Below are positions 1 through 10,267 of a DNA stretch of 64,000 nt, one piece after another. The notes under the pieces were generated by a model that was not told where the DNA came from, did not search any database, and was given only the letters and a program-made list of their open reading frames with translations. The stretch is from Candidatus Omnitrophota bacterium (GTDB lineage: Bacteria > Omnitrophota > Gorgyraeia > Zapsychrales > Zapsychraceae): the NCBI GenBank assembly GCA_020429915.1, contig JAGQKV010000020.1:1673-65672 (forward strand), in the 5' to 3' direction. The number at the start of each line of letters is the position of its first letter. The first letter of the stretch is position 1. Both the position numbers and the translations under genes were made by a program.

Positions 1-218
1 TTGTTCACCCGGCCTATGCCGATTTGGAAGGTAGTGTCACATCATTGCTGGACAATATCAAAACTATATCAACGCCGATTGCCATTATCCTGCTTATTTT
101 TGCGGGGTGGCAACGCATGATGGGCAATAACCAGATATTCATTGCGGCGTTAATCGGGACAATCATTGTGTTCGGTGCACCACAGATTGTCGAACTTATC
201 AGTGCGGTGTTTCTTTAA
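1..218 (+). CDS. VirB2/TrbC-like conjugative pilin subunit, 5' partial (reading frame open to window edge)
   Basis: Frame is open from nt 3 with no stop, so the listed TTG start at 24 is not the true start. C-terminal part has two hydrophobic helices (IAIILLIFAGW, FIAALIGTIIVFGAP) typical of T4SS pilins, and sits directly upstream of virB4. Confidence 0.4.
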   Translation, partial: VHPAYADLEGSVTSLLDNIKTISTPIAIILLIFAGWQRMMGNNQIFIAALIGTIIVFGAPQIVELISAVFL

Positions 219-238
219 TCAATTGAAGGAGAGCGGTT

Positions 239-2995
239 ATGCGAAGATATCACGAACAATGTTTACGGAACCTACAGGATAAGATGCTGATTCTCGGTTT
301 CGAGGAATTCGATATCTTTCTGGTGATCGGGACTGTTCTGGGTCTTCAATTGTTCAAGGTAAACACGCTGGTTATCTGGGTTGTAGGGGGCACTCTTGCG
401 GGAGTGTTGCGGTTTATCAAGAGGGGGAAGCCGTCCAAGTATATCGAACACGGTGTTCAATGGTTTTTCAAACCGAAGGTGTACACCGCCATTGGACAAT
501 CCGTGCTGGATGTCATCAAGGGCCGGACGGTGGATATCAGGTTAAACTCCCTGCAAGAGTTGCTTCCTTACAGCCATTTTGAAGATGAGTTCTTGGTGCT
601 GGAAGACGGGTCTTTGTCGTGTGCCTATTTGGTCGAGGGTCCGGTTATCGAAAATTACTCCAAAGAAGAACTGATCGGGTACACCGGGAGAATCGAGTCG
701 TTCCTGAACCATTTGCCGGAGCGGATGAACTATCAGGTCATCCTTGACATGGATGGCGACTATCAGGAAGAACTCGGCCAGCATAAGGTGATCCGGTCGG
801 AGAATACCCTTATCCGGGGCATGCACAAAGAGCGGGTCCGCAAGTTCGAAGAAATTATCCAGAACCAGAAATTGCGCCGGTTCCGGTGTCACTTCCTGAT
901 CAACTGCCCGCCGTTTCCCAAAGCTAATGCCGGGATATTCAAGACCAAAAAGAAGGCCTTCAGCGAAGAGGATATTCGGTTCCTCAAGGCCGAGTTCAAG
1001 CGGGCGCTGGATGATATCGAATCCGGATTAAGAAGCACCGATTTGACGGTTCACAAATTATCCAATCAGGAGGTGGCGGGTTTTACCTACGGTCTCCTAA
1101 ACCCCGACAGGGTACGGGAGGGAATCGGTTGCCCGAAGCTTAAATCCCATGACAGTTTTGTCCGTCAGGTGTGCTGTTCGGATTTATCCATAGATGATCA
1201 AAAGGGCGAGTTCATCCAATTCGGCGGATACTACCACAAGTATGTGACCTTGAAGGTCCTGCCGGAACTGACTTTCCCGGCCATGCTGTTCCAATTGCGG
1301 TATCTGTCTTTTAAGGAGTTTCATGCCGTTTTTAACATTGATACGCCTTCTAAGGAATGGGGCCGAAAGACCATCGAGACCCTTAGACGCCGGGAGTACG
1401 GGAATCTGCTGCAATTCATGGGCCTTCCCAACAAAGAGGCCCAGGTCAAGGTCGAGCAGTACGAGGCGTTACTTGAGGAGCTTCAGCAGACTAACCAAAA
1501 ACTGTTCCGGTGCCAGCTGACTATCCACGTCTATGGGGACACGGTCGATCAGGTGAAACAACGGTGCACCGAGCTTATAAACCTGTTTTCAGCCCTTAAC
1601 GGTGCCGAAATGCACGATGAACGCTGGGGCGGCGTGACGCCCGCATTCTTAAGTACTCTGCCGGGATGGACCAAGGAATCCACCCGGTGGCTGATGCTGA
1701 AAACCCTGCATCTGGCCGATTTCCTGCCGGTTTTCTCGGAATTTAAGGGTAGCGGCAACGCCGAATGCCTGTTCTTCAATACCACGCAGGGGTTGGCATC
1801 GTTTGATCCGTTTTCCAATGACATTGCGGCCTTTAACATCGTGGTCGTGGGAGCCACCGGCAGCGGCAAGAGTTTTACGATCAACCAGATTATCAACCAG
1901 TACAGCAAAAACCGGCCGATTGAAATCTTCATTGATATCGGCGGTTCGTATAGACGTCAGACCCTGCTGAAAGGAGGTGAATACATTGATCTGGGTCTGA
2001 CCAAGAAGTTCACGCTTAACGTCTTTGAATTGTCCGGGAACAAACCGTTACGCTCGTTCACGGAGGAAGAGCAGAACGAAATCATTATGGTCAAGACCAA
2101 GTCCATTATTCAGATGATGGGAGGATTGAAACGGTTCAACGAGGCCGATCAGATCGTGGAAGACTATCTTTTCCGCAGTTTGCGGTTTATGTACGAGCGG
2201 ATTGACCGGCCCGTCCTCAGCGACTTTCGAGGGGTTTTAAAATCAATGGCTGAATCGAACAAGCAATACCAGAAGTATTGTGATTCGGTGATCGGACTGC
2301 TGGGCAACTGGTTTAAAGGCGGCCAGTACGGAACCTATACGGACGGGCCTTCGACCATTTCACTGGATAAGGATGTGATTTGTTTTGACCTGAAAGGCAT
2401 GGAGAAATTCACCGGCCTGCAAACGGTCATGCTGACCATCATTACGAACTACGTTTGGAACAAGGTCCTTAATGAACCGGACCGGCGAAAGCTGGTGGTC
2501 TTTGACGAATGCTGGAAATTGCTCAGCACCCCGGAATCGGCGGCATTTATCGCTGAATGCTACCGGACATTCCGTAAGTACGGGGCGTCTGCAATTTCTG
2601 TTACGCAATCGCTGAATGATTTTCTGGTCGGCGGGCTGGAGAATGCCATCTTGGGCAATTCCAATACCCGATTCATTTTGCGCCAGAATTCCGTACCGAC
2701 GGTTCAGGGGATCGTAGATTACTTTCATTTCAATGAAAGCGAACACAAGCAGATCGAATCCCTTCAGATCAAAAAGGGCGAGGGAGCGGAAGTATTTTTC
2801 TCACAGTCCAAGGGATTGCAGTCCGTCAGCGGGAAAATGGTCATTTATCCGACGCCGATTGAATACTGGGTGGCGACCACGGACGCCAAGGATGTGAGCT
2901 ACTACAACCAAAAAGAACAAGAGAATCCGGGGCTGGATATGTATGAGGTCATCAAGCTATGTGCGAAAGAATATCCCAACGGATTCAGGGAATAA
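239..2995 (+). CDS. virB4: Type IV secretion ATPase VirB4/TrbE with fused N-terminal VirB3-like TM segment
   Basis: 918 aa. N-terminal TM helices, Walker A VVVGATGSGKSF, Walker B LVVFDECWKLL. RBS AAGGAG upstream. Confidence 0.85.
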   Translation: MRRYHEQCLRNLQDKMLILGFEEFDIFLVIGTVLGLQLFKVNTLVIWVVGGTLAGVLRFIKRGKPSKYIEHGVQWFFKPKVYTAIGQSVLDVIKGRTVDIRLNSLQELLPYSHFEDEFLVLEDGSLSCAYLVEGPVIENYSKEELIGYTGRIESFLNHLPERMNYQVILDMDGDYQEELGQHKVIRSENTLIRGMHKERVRKFEEIIQNQKLRRFRCHFLINCPPFPKANAGIFKTKKKAFSEEDIRFLKAEFKRALDDIESGLRSTDLTVHKLSNQEVAGFTYGLLNPDRVREGIGCPKLKSHDSFVRQVCCSDLSIDDQKGEFIQFGGYYHKYVTLKVLPELTFPAMLFQLRYLSFKEFHAVFNIDTPSKEWGRKTIETLRRREYGNLLQFMGLPNKEAQVKVEQYEALLEELQQTNQKLFRCQLTIHVYGDTVDQVKQRCTELINLFSALNGAEMHDERWGGVTPAFLSTLPGWTKESTRWLMLKTLHLADFLPVFSEFKGSGNAECLFFNTTQGLASFDPFSNDIAAFNIVVVGATGSGKSFTINQIINQYSKNRPIEIFIDIGGSYRRQTLLKGGEYIDLGLTKKFTLNVFELSGNKPLRSFTEEEQNEIIMVKTKSIIQMMGGLKRFNEADQIVEDYLFRSLRFMYERIDRPVLSDFRGVLKSMAESNKQYQKYCDSVIGLLGNWFKGGQYGTYTDGPSTISLDKDVICFDLKGMEKFTGLQTVMLTIITNYVWNKVLNEPDRRKLVVFDECWKLLSTPESAAFIAECYRTFRKYGASAISVTQSLNDFLVGGLENAILGNSNTRFILRQNSVPTVQGIVDYFHFNESEHKQIESLQIKKGEGAEVFFSQSKGLQSVSGKMVIYPTPIEYWVATTDAKDVSYYNQKEQENPGLDMYEVIKLCAKEYPNGFRE

Positions 2996-3009
2996 CAAAG
3001 GAGGATAAC

Positions 3010-3351
3010 ATGTGGACCAACAGATTATTAGCAGTGATTGTATCGGCGGCGCTCGTAAGCGGATGCTCTACCCTCGAGAAATCAGCCGTTGCCGGAGGTG
3101 TTACGGGGGCGGCGGTCGGTGGAGTTGTCGGTCATCAATATGACGATACCGTCAAAGGGGCCGCTATCGGCGGCTTGGGAGGAACATTTGCCGGGATTTA
3201 TCTGGGCAAAAAGAAGAAGAAAACGGAGTTCGAGAAAGGCTTTGATGCAGGCTACAGACAGGGGCAGTCCGACTACGCCAAGTTGATCTGGGAAGAAAAG
3301 ACCGGAAAGTGCGGCGGTGATTCACAAACTGCCGATACTGCCAGTCAATAA
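3010..3351 (+). CDS. Small lipoprotein with glycine-zipper (YMGG-like) region, possible VirB7 analogue
   Basis: ATG at 3010 after RBS AAGGAGGA. Lipobox LVSGC. Gly-zipper GGVTGAAVGGVVG...GGLGGTFAG. The listed ORF 2959 start overlaps virB4 and has no RBS. Confidence 0.5.
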   Translation: MWTNRLLAVIVSAALVSGCSTLEKSAVAGGVTGAAVGGVVGHQYDDTVKGAAIGGLGGTFAGIYLGKKKKKTEFEKGFDAGYRQGQSDYAKLIWEEKTGKCGGDSQTADTASQ

Positions 3352-3378
3352 ATATACCGACCAATAAAGGAGGAAACG

Positions 3379-4083
3379 ATGAAGAAAACTTTACTAATTT
3401 TAATCACGCTTAGCCTGATGTGCCGACCGGCAAGTGCGCAAACGGCTGCTTCTGCTATCTTGGCTCAAACAGCCATTCAGACAGCAGAGCATTTAAGACG
3501 GCTGGCGCAGGCCATCGAAGAGGTACGGCTCCTCAAACAACGGTTAGACCTTGCGATTGAGGCCAGCCGGGGCATCGGGGAAGTTAATTTCTTAAGTGAT
3601 TTCCGAAACGTCATTGTCGAGACCACTGATTTACTCTCCGATCTTGATGTGTACATCAGCGATACTGCCGATTTGTCGGATCAATGGAAGGACATCTTCG
3701 GTAATTTGGCGTCTTGGGTAGATACCGCTACGGACGACTACAACTATATCGGGATTTCCGACGATATGAATACGGCCAGCTACGAGATAGCCGATACGTA
3801 TCAGGATATCTACAAGCGCAATTCGGATTATGCCGAAAGGTTTATTAACCACGCCAAGACGGTGAACGAAAAGGGGGCCATGAAACAAGTGGCTGAAGAG
3901 TTGGGGCACTTGATGCAGATGGAGAACCACATTATGTATTTGATATCTCAACAGGTGAAACAGCAGAGTATCGAGAATTCCAACCAAAATGCGGAACGTA
4001 AAGAAGCGGTGGTCGAACAGCAGAAGGAAAGCGAAGGCGTTAAGCGGTTCCTGAATGCGGCGAGCCGTGAGTTTCCGATGTAA
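3379..4083 (+). CDS. Secreted alpha-helical/coiled-coil protein, VirB5/TrbJ-like
   Basis: Signal peptide MKKTLLILITLSLMCRPASA. Coiled-coil LRRLAQAIEEVRLLKQRLDLAIE. Size and position match T4SS minor pilin/TrbJ. No motif-level proof. Confidence 0.4.
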   Translation: MKKTLLILITLSLMCRPASAQTAASAILAQTAIQTAEHLRRLAQAIEEVRLLKQRLDLAIEASRGIGEVNFLSDFRNVIVETTDLLSDLDVYISDTADLSDQWKDIFGNLASWVDTATDDYNYIGISDDMNTASYEIADTYQDIYKRNSDYAERFINHAKTVNEKGAMKQVAEELGHLMQMENHIMYLISQQVKQQSIENSNQNAERKEAVVEQQKESEGVKRFLNAASREFPM

Positions 4084-4094
4084 AGGAGGATTCA

Positions 4095-5093
4095 ATGGAC
4101 TTTATCTTAGACACGATTCGAAGCGACTTAACCGGAATTGTCACCGTGGGCCGGACCCTGCTGGGTGGTTTCTTTGTGCTGGCATGCTTTTTCATGTATC
4201 TGGGGATATTTTCCAGCAAAGGGGCTAACTGGTCCGGCTTGCTCTTCCGGCTGATTCTGGGGTTCGTTCTTTTGCAGAACTATGCGCTGGTTATGGATTC
4301 GACCAAGGATATTATCGTGGCCGTTGATACCACGATCAATCCGATAACGAACGCCGCCGATCAATATCTTGTGATGAGTCAGCAGATGCAGGAGTTGTAC
4401 GAACAGAATCAGCAAAAAGGGTTTTCGCTGGCGCTTTTCGGAAAGAAGACGCTGCATAATCTGACGATTAATGTATCGTTCATTTTCTATGCCATCGTCT
4501 CGAATGTGATGCAGGCCATCCGGTATACGATAGCCGGGATCATATACAAGATCGGGCCTTTGCTGATTCCGTTCATTGTTTTTAGATCGACCGTCCGGAT
4601 AATTGAAGGTTGGTTCCGGTCGTATGTGGCGGTTATTTCTTGGCCGATCCTATGGCATATCGTTTTGTCCATAGCCGTCACGTTAAGCGGGAATATCGAC
4701 CTGACCGTGGACGGGATTGAGAAGTTTGTCATGTTGAACTTTGCGGTCTGTTTTGTGCTGATCTTTACTCCCATGATTATGTCGAGTTTGATTTCAGGGG
4801 CAGGGATCGGGGCCGCCGCATCTATGGCCGCATTAGGAGCAGTAAACAAAGTGACTGAATATACCAAACGAGGAGGCCGGGTTGCGACTGATTCCGTGGT
4901 AGGGGGAGCAGACGCCGCTATCGGGTCCGTGGTAAGCGGAGAGTATGGGGCCATGATCCCTGAATCTTTGTCGGGAGGTTTTAAAGGGATGTCAAAGAGT
5001 GTGGGATTTAAGCCATCCGTGAATGAACGAAAAATATTCAAGGCCTTAAAGGATATGTTGAATTTCAAAAAGAAGGAGAACACCGATGAGTGA
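4095..5093 (+). CDS. VirB6/TrbL-like polytopic inner-membrane T4SS protein
   Basis: At least 6 TM helices. Gly/Ala-rich C-terminal tail (GAGIGAAASMAALGA...VVGGADAAIGSVVSG) as in TrbL. RBS AAAGGAGGA. Confidence 0.6.
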   Translation: MDFILDTIRSDLTGIVTVGRTLLGGFFVLACFFMYLGIFSSKGANWSGLLFRLILGFVLLQNYALVMDSTKDIIVAVDTTINPITNAADQYLVMSQQMQELYEQNQQKGFSLALFGKKTLHNLTINVSFIFYAIVSNVMQAIRYTIAGIIYKIGPLLIPFIVFRSTVRIIEGWFRSYVAVISWPILWHIVLSIAVTLSGNIDLTVDGIEKFVMLNFAVCFVLIFTPMIMSSLISGAGIGAAASMAALGAVNKVTEYTKRGGRVATDSVVGGADAAIGSVVSGEYGAMIPESLSGGFKGMSKSVGFKPSVNERKIFKALKDMLNFKKKENTDE

Positions 5094-5682
5094 ACTGGCA
5101 TTTAACCGCATCATACTGGAAAAAACGGTCCGCATATTGACCGGGACTGTGACGTGCCTGTTGTGTCTCAATCTGCTACAGGTGCTTATTGTCCTTAAAT
5201 TCACCCAAAAACCCGTCTTGTTGCTTAAGGAAACCGGAACAGGCACCGTCGAAATGCTCGATTTCAGCAGCTACGAGATTACTGAAACCATTCTCAACAA
5301 CTTTGTCCGCTGGATCAGCAGTGAGTATTTGAGTTTCGGGCCGGATTCCTTGCCGGGTCAGATTGAGAGCATCAAGCACTATCTGAATACCGAACCAAAG
5401 GACGCCATTCTCAAGTCGTATGAGAAGAACAAAAAGGCGATTGAGGCGGGGGTTTATTTTCAATTCAATTTGCAAGATACGGAAATTACTAAACGCAGTA
5501 ATCCTTATCAAATTGAAGCAACCGGTGAGATGTCCATTATTGACAAAAACGGGCGATACAAGAAGGAGGCCCGCATCTATGTGTTTGACGTTCTAAAGGT
5601 CAAACCGACACCGGAGAATCCGTATGGATTAAAGATTATCAGCATCAGACAGAAGATCGAAACCGAAGGAGGTGAATCATGA
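5086..5682 (+). CDS. VirB8-like bitopic membrane protein
   Basis: Single N-terminal TM (TVTCLLCLNLLQVLIVL) plus ~150-aa periplasmic domain. Start overlaps upstream stop (ATGA). Assigned from position in T4SS operon. Confidence 0.4.
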   Translation: MSELAFNRIILEKTVRILTGTVTCLLCLNLLQVLIVLKFTQKPVLLLKETGTGTVEMLDFSSYEITETILNNFVRWISSEYLSFGPDSLPGQIESIKHYLNTEPKDAILKSYEKNKKAIEAGVYFQFNLQDTEITKRSNPYQIEATGEMSIIDKNGRYKKEARIYVFDVLKVKPTPENPYGLKIISIRQKIETEGGES

Positions 5683-6101
5683 AGTGGATACTTGTCGTAA
5701 TTATATTGGCATGGAGCGTGCCCGCTCAGGCCTTCATTGAAACCCGGTATCTGGACAAAGGCAAGATTATCTATGAATTTCCGGCGGAAGATGATGTCCT
5801 GCGGGTTTTTGTAAGTCCGGGGTTTGTGACCAAGATTGAGTTGCCGGAAGACGCAGAGCTGGTTCTGGTCGGCGACAATGAATTGCTAAAGGTCGAGGTA
5901 TCCTCGGACAATCGAAGCGTGATTATCAACGCCCTGACGGTGGAGGGCAAAACGAATCTCATTGTCGATACCCGCAGTCTGCACTTGAATTACGAAGTCA
6001 TCATCGGCTCGGAGGAAAAAGTAGATTACCGGGTCTGGATCGACCAGTACAAGCATTTTAAGTCCGTGAATGATTCGGAAACAGAACCGGAATTCAAATA
6101 A
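5679..6101 (+). CDS. Secreted beta-rich protein, possible VirB9/TrbG-like (short)
   Basis: Signal peptide MKWILVVIILAWSVPAQA. 140 aa. Translationally coupled to neighbours. Homology assignment is weak. Confidence 0.3.
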   Translation: MKWILVVIILAWSVPAQAFIETRYLDKGKIIYEFPAEDDVLRVFVSPGFVTKIELPEDAELVLVGDNELLKVEVSSDNRSVIINALTVEGKTNLIVDTRSLHLNYEVIIGSEEKVDYRVWIDQYKHFKSVNDSETEPEFK

Positions 6102-6114
6102 GGAGCGTGATGCC

Positions 6115-7068
6115 ATGAAAATTATCGACTATTTGTTTAAGAAGGACCATACGGGTCAACGCAGGCGGACCTTGCCGTTTATTCTGATTCTGGTATGCCT
6201 TGTGTTCGGTTCGTATTTTATGTCCGGTAGCGGGGAAAAGGCCCCGGAGGAAATCAAGACCGATCCGGTTATCAACTACAAGGACGTTACCAGCACCACG
6301 AATGAATACAGCAAAAAGTCCCAGCAGGAGGATTTGATCAAGCCATTGCTTTTCTCAAAGCCGGTTGAGAAACCGAAACCCAAGGAAACCATTATCGAGA
6401 AATTCGCCGAGAAGCACGAACGAAAGGAGAAGAAGGTAGTTAATTCCCTGATTTATGACACGACGTTATCATCCCGTGTAAGGGAACGGGAGGTCAAGAT
6501 GCCTTTGGGCAGCATGGTCCAGTGCCTTTTGATTCACAACATTATTACCAACAACTTCAGCTCGCCCGTGATCGTGCAGGTCAAAAAAGACTTCTATTTC
6601 AACGGGCGGCTGCTTTTCCCACGGGATACTCGGATATTTGGGGAGGCCCGAGCCGGAAGGGAGCGGGACCGGGTGTTGGTAGCCTTCAGGACTGTGTTGT
6701 TTGAGGACGGGTATGAAGTCAATTTCAAGGGCCGGGGCCTCGATGCCGACGGTTCGGGAGGATTCAAGGCTGAGATTATCTCAGAAAAAACCAAGGAGAA
6801 AATCCTGTCCAAAGTCCTGCATTTTCTGAGCGGGACATTGCTGGGATTGCAGGAAAAGTCCACCAATGCCCTGACCGGCATCGACCAAGTCGATGTCACC
6901 AGCCGCAATGCGATTTTGGAAGGTTCGGCCAAAGCCTTCACGGAAGAGGCCAAAAGAATGGAAAAGGAGATCGACGAGGCCAAAGGTTACGGTATCGTGC
7001 CTGCCGGAACAGAGATTATCCTGTATGTTGATGAATCATTCAAGCTGACGCAAAAGGAATTCAGATGA
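6115..7068 (+). CDS. VirB10/TrbI-like protein
   Basis: ATG 6115 after RBS AAGGAG. N-terminal TM, Pro/Lys-rich linker (KPVEKPKPKE), C-terminal beta domain. Positioned before the coupling protein. Confidence 0.5.
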   Translation: MKIIDYLFKKDHTGQRRRTLPFILILVCLVFGSYFMSGSGEKAPEEIKTDPVINYKDVTSTTNEYSKKSQQEDLIKPLLFSKPVEKPKPKETIIEKFAEKHERKEKKVVNSLIYDTTLSSRVREREVKMPLGSMVQCLLIHNIITNNFSSPVIVQVKKDFYFNGRLLFPRDTRIFGEARAGRERDRVLVAFRTVLFEDGYEVNFKGRGLDADGSGGFKAEIISEKTKEKILSKVLHFLSGTLLGLQEKSTNALTGIDQVDVTSRNAILEGSAKAFTEEAKRMEKEIDEAKGYGIVPAGTEIILYVDESFKLTQKEFR

Positions 7069-8789
7069 GAGAAGGCGCACTTGTTATTCTGTTGATTATC
7101 GCTATTGCCTATTTCCGGTATCAGGAATATGTCCTGCTAGTATTTCAAAGTCCGTTCCTGATGATTTGCGTACTATTGGCCGGAGGCCTTCTGTACGGGA
7201 TGTATTATTTGGTTCAGCATGTCTTGGAGAAGGTCGGCAACCGGATAAAAATGCACCGGGCGGGAGTCAACACGACCATAAAAGACAAAGGAACAGCTTA
7301 TCCGTTTATTTCATTTAATATTATCCCTGCTTTGCAAAGCTTTGTGAGGGATGGACAGAGCGATCAATTAACGTTCATCGGTCTGAATGCGCAGAGGAAG
7401 AACAAGGGACATATTGCGCTCCCGGATATTCAGCGGACCCAGCATTTGCAAGTATTGGGCATGACGGGAACAGGTAAAAGTACAAGTGTGTTCTACCCGT
7501 TGATCTATCAGGATGCACTGAAGAAGAGGCCCGTCATCATTATTGATGCCAAAGGAGAGATGTCGGCTATCAACACGGTGAACGGCATATTAGCGGAAGT
7601 CGGGAGAAGTGATGATTTCCTGCTGTTTTCATTGTCGCATAAGGAGCTTTCATGTTCGTACAATCCTTTATTTGTCGGGCAGTATGATCCCCAAGTGGTT
7701 ATCGACGCATTTTTTAGCAATTATGACGATCAGAATACTTTCTTTCGTGAAATGTCGAAAATGATCTTTTCGCACGCATTCTTTATTCTTCATTCGCTGG
7801 GAAAACCGTTTAGCCCGATGGATGTGTATTGTTATTTGAATAATGAGTATTGCCGACAGGAAATAAACAAGCAAATCGTCAGAGGCAATGAAACGGGATG
7901 GTTGCGTTTAAAATTACTTAATCAGGTTATATCCGATTTACAGGACCAATACAAAGGATGGAGGCATGTAGTCGCTGGATTTAACAATTTTCTGATGAGC
8001 TTTAATGATCCACTCCTTAACGAAGACGACAGTGATATCGTTCTTTCGGAAGTGATCCGGGAAGGCAAGGTAGTATATTTCCAGTTGCCGACGAATGCCT
8101 ATCCCTTACAGGCTATAGCGATAGCCCGGATGGTGCAGGCCAATTTAAGATATATTTCGTCGATGATTCAGACAGGTCAGCTACCAAATGATTTATTGGT
8201 CAGCGTACTAATTGACGAGTACGGGGCTTTTGCCGAGCAGACGTTTGTGGAAGTTCTGAACAAGGCCAGAAGCAGCCGGATGATGGTGACATTGGCCCAT
8301 CAAAGTCTGGGGGATTTGCAGAATATTTCAGCGACTTTTATGAAGCTGATTGACGAGAACACGCTCAACAAGATTTATTTGAAACAGACCGATCCCGAAC
8401 TGGCCGAGCTGATTGCCCGTAGCATGGGGACATACACCAAGCAGGAGCAAACATTTCGGATGACCGCCGGGTATTATGGTAATCAGATTCACACGGGAGA
8501 GACCTCGAACAAGACCGTTCAGGAATTCTATTTTTCACCGGACAAGGTTAAAAACTTGCACAAACACGGGCAGGGGTACTTGATATACAAGGGGGACAAT
8601 TCCCAGCAATGCGTCAACTTTGGTCAGTTTGGCGGCATCAAGGAAAAGCCTTACATCAAGCCTGTCCGAAAGAATAAAAGGGAAGGGTTAAAGCTTTTTG
8701 AGCGGTACTATCTCCGGGATGAAGAAATATCCCAACCGCCACCGAAAAGAAAGAGGGGCAAGAAGGGTGAAATTGCCTTGGATGATTAA
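7065..8789 (+). CDS. virD4: Type IV coupling protein (VirD4/TraG/TraD family)
   Basis: Two N-terminal TM helices. Walker A GMTGTGKST. Walker B LLVSVLIDEYGAF. 574 aa. Confidence 0.8.
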   Translation: MREGALVILLIIAIAYFRYQEYVLLVFQSPFLMICVLLAGGLLYGMYYLVQHVLEKVGNRIKMHRAGVNTTIKDKGTAYPFISFNIIPALQSFVRDGQSDQLTFIGLNAQRKNKGHIALPDIQRTQHLQVLGMTGTGKSTSVFYPLIYQDALKKRPVIIIDAKGEMSAINTVNGILAEVGRSDDFLLFSLSHKELSCSYNPLFVGQYDPQVVIDAFFSNYDDQNTFFREMSKMIFSHAFFILHSLGKPFSPMDVYCYLNNEYCRQEINKQIVRGNETGWLRLKLLNQVISDLQDQYKGWRHVVAGFNNFLMSFNDPLLNEDDSDIVLSEVIREGKVVYFQLPTNAYPLQAIAIARMVQANLRYISSMIQTGQLPNDLLVSVLIDEYGAFAEQTFVEVLNKARSSRMMVTLAHQSLGDLQNISATFMKLIDENTLNKIYLKQTDPELAELIARSMGTYTKQEQTFRMTAGYYGNQIHTGETSNKTVQEFYFSPDKVKNLHKHGQGYLIYKGDNSQQCVNFGQFGGIKEKPYIKPVRKNKREGLKLFERYYLRDEEISQPPPKRKRGKKGEIALDD

Positions 8790-8834
8790 CATAAAGGAAT
8801 GAATTTTAGGAAAGGTAAAGGAGGTGTTGGCCGT

Positions 8835-9005
8835 ATGGAAAAAAGATTTCTGAGTGTGATTGAGGTGGCTGAGTACCTGGGTTTTAGCGAAAGTGCCATC
8901 AGAAAGTGGATCAGAAAGGGGCAAATTCCGTTTGCCAGAATTAATGGGGCGATCCGTTTTGATATCGAGAAAATTGAGGAATGGGCGACTTCAAGGGCTG
9001 CGTAG
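8835..9005 (+). CDS. xis: Excisionase/AlpA-family HTH DNA-binding protein
   Basis: MEKRFLSVIEVAEYLGFSESAIRKWIRKGQIPFARINGAIRF is an AlpA/Xis-type HTH. RBS AAAGGAGGTG. Immediately upstream of integrase. Confidence 0.6.
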   Translation: MEKRFLSVIEVAEYLGFSESAIRKWIRKGQIPFARINGAIRFDIEKIEEWATSRAA

Positions 9006-9015
9006 TTTGAAATGT

Positions 9016-9044
9016 TTGACATGATATGTGTGATGAATATATAA
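9016..9044 (+). promoter_or_regulatory. Candidate sigma70 promoter for integrase
   Basis: TTGACA, 17 nt, ATATAA, between xis and int. Confidence 0.3.
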
Positions 9045-9098
9045 TTTTGATTGAACCTTACCCATATATTCTCGCACGATATCAAGAGAGGTGAATAT

Positions 9099-10187
9099 AT
9101 GGGGTCGATCTTTAAAAAACATAGTCGGTGGTATATAGATTACTACCAATCTGATGGTAAACGGGTCCGTAAAGCTGTTTCTAAATACAGGGAACAGGCC
9201 GAGCTGGCACTCAAAAAAGTCGAAGTGGAGATGGCCGAGTGCAAATACCTGAATGTTAAGAAAAGCAAAGAAATTACATTCAAGGAATTTGCTGAGAAGT
9301 ACCGGCGCAAACATATCCAACGACGAAGCCGCAGTGCCGATAAGCAGGAATGGTTTCTTAACGGTCTTATCAAGTATTTTGGTAAACGGATGATGTATGA
9401 GATAACTGTCATGGAAATTGACGATTATCTGGAACATCGGCATGAGGGCCGTTCTGCCAGTACGGTCAACCGGGATTTGGCCATGCTCAAATCCATGTTT
9501 AGCCGTGCTAACGAGTGGGGAGATTTAGTGGATTATCACCCTGCCAAGAACATTAAGCTTCTGTTCGAAGACAATGAGCGCTGCCGGTACCTCACGGATG
9601 AGGAACAGGACCGGTTACTTTCAGCATGTAGTGGAATGCTACGCATGATTGTCCTGATTGCGCTCAGGACAGGTCTGAGATGGGGCGAGATTGTTAATCT
9701 CAAATGGCGGCAGGCTCCTAAAAGTAATTATGTCGATTTCGAGCATAATACTGTTTTTGTCCATGAATCGTTGGCAAAAAGTAAGAAGTCCCGTTACATT
9801 CCTCTGGCTCCATCAGTCAAGCATGCCTTGCTGGATTATCCTCAGCTTAGCGAATCAGGCTATATATTTGTTAATCCCAAGACGGATAAGCAAATCGTAA
9901 CCCTGAAAAAGTCGTTTCGCCGGGCCTTAAAGAAGGCCAAGATCGAGGACTTCCGGTTCCATGATTTAAGGCATTGTTTTGCTTCCGATCTCGTGAGAAA
10001 CGGGGTAGACCTTTTCACGGTGCAAAAGTTGCTGGGGCATTCAAGTCCGAAGATGACCATGCGGTATGCTCATCTTGGAAACGATCACTTGAGGAAAGCG
10101 ATTCAGTTTCTTGATGAGAAAAACCCGTACCTGTTCAGGGATGGACACTTTTTGGACACCACCGCCAAAAATGCAATTAAGCTGTAA
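9099..10187 (+). CDS. int: Tyrosine site-specific integrase
   Basis: Probable start MGSIFKKHSRWYIDYY at 9099. C-terminal catalytic region HDLRHCFAS...LLGHSSPKMTMRYAHL (HxxR and Tyr nucleophile). N-terminal SAM-like domain. Confidence 0.85.
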   Translation: MGSIFKKHSRWYIDYYQSDGKRVRKAVSKYREQAELALKKVEVEMAECKYLNVKKSKEITFKEFAEKYRRKHIQRRSRSADKQEWFLNGLIKYFGKRMMYEITVMEIDDYLEHRHEGRSASTVNRDLAMLKSMFSRANEWGDLVDYHPAKNIKLLFEDNERCRYLTDEEQDRLLSACSGMLRMIVLIALRTGLRWGEIVNLKWRQAPKSNYVDFEHNTVFVHESLAKSKKSRYIPLAPSVKHALLDYPQLSESGYIFVNPKTDKQIVTLKKSFRRALKKAKIEDFRFHDLRHCFASDLVRNGVDLFTVQKLLGHSSPKMTMRYAHLGNDHLRKAIQFLDEKNPYLFRDGHFLDTTAKNAIKL

Positions 10188-10194
10188 AATTATA

Positions 10195-10215
10195 TTGTAA
10201 ACGATTGTTTTACAA
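10195..10215. repeat. Inverted repeat TTGTAAA-N7-TTTACAA immediately after int
   Basis: Perfect 7-bp arms 8 nt after the int stop. Candidate core-type recombinase binding site. Confidence 0.3.
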
Positions 10216-10267
10216 TGTTTTAGAAAACGGGCATTTTGGAGTCATTTGGAACCTTTAGCTTACATTC

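Noticed and set aside
2959-3009. Upstream start of lipoprotein ORF overlapping virB4
   Set aside because: The RBS AAGGAGGA sits at about 2998-3005 before ATG 3010, and the mature lipoprotein signal begins there.
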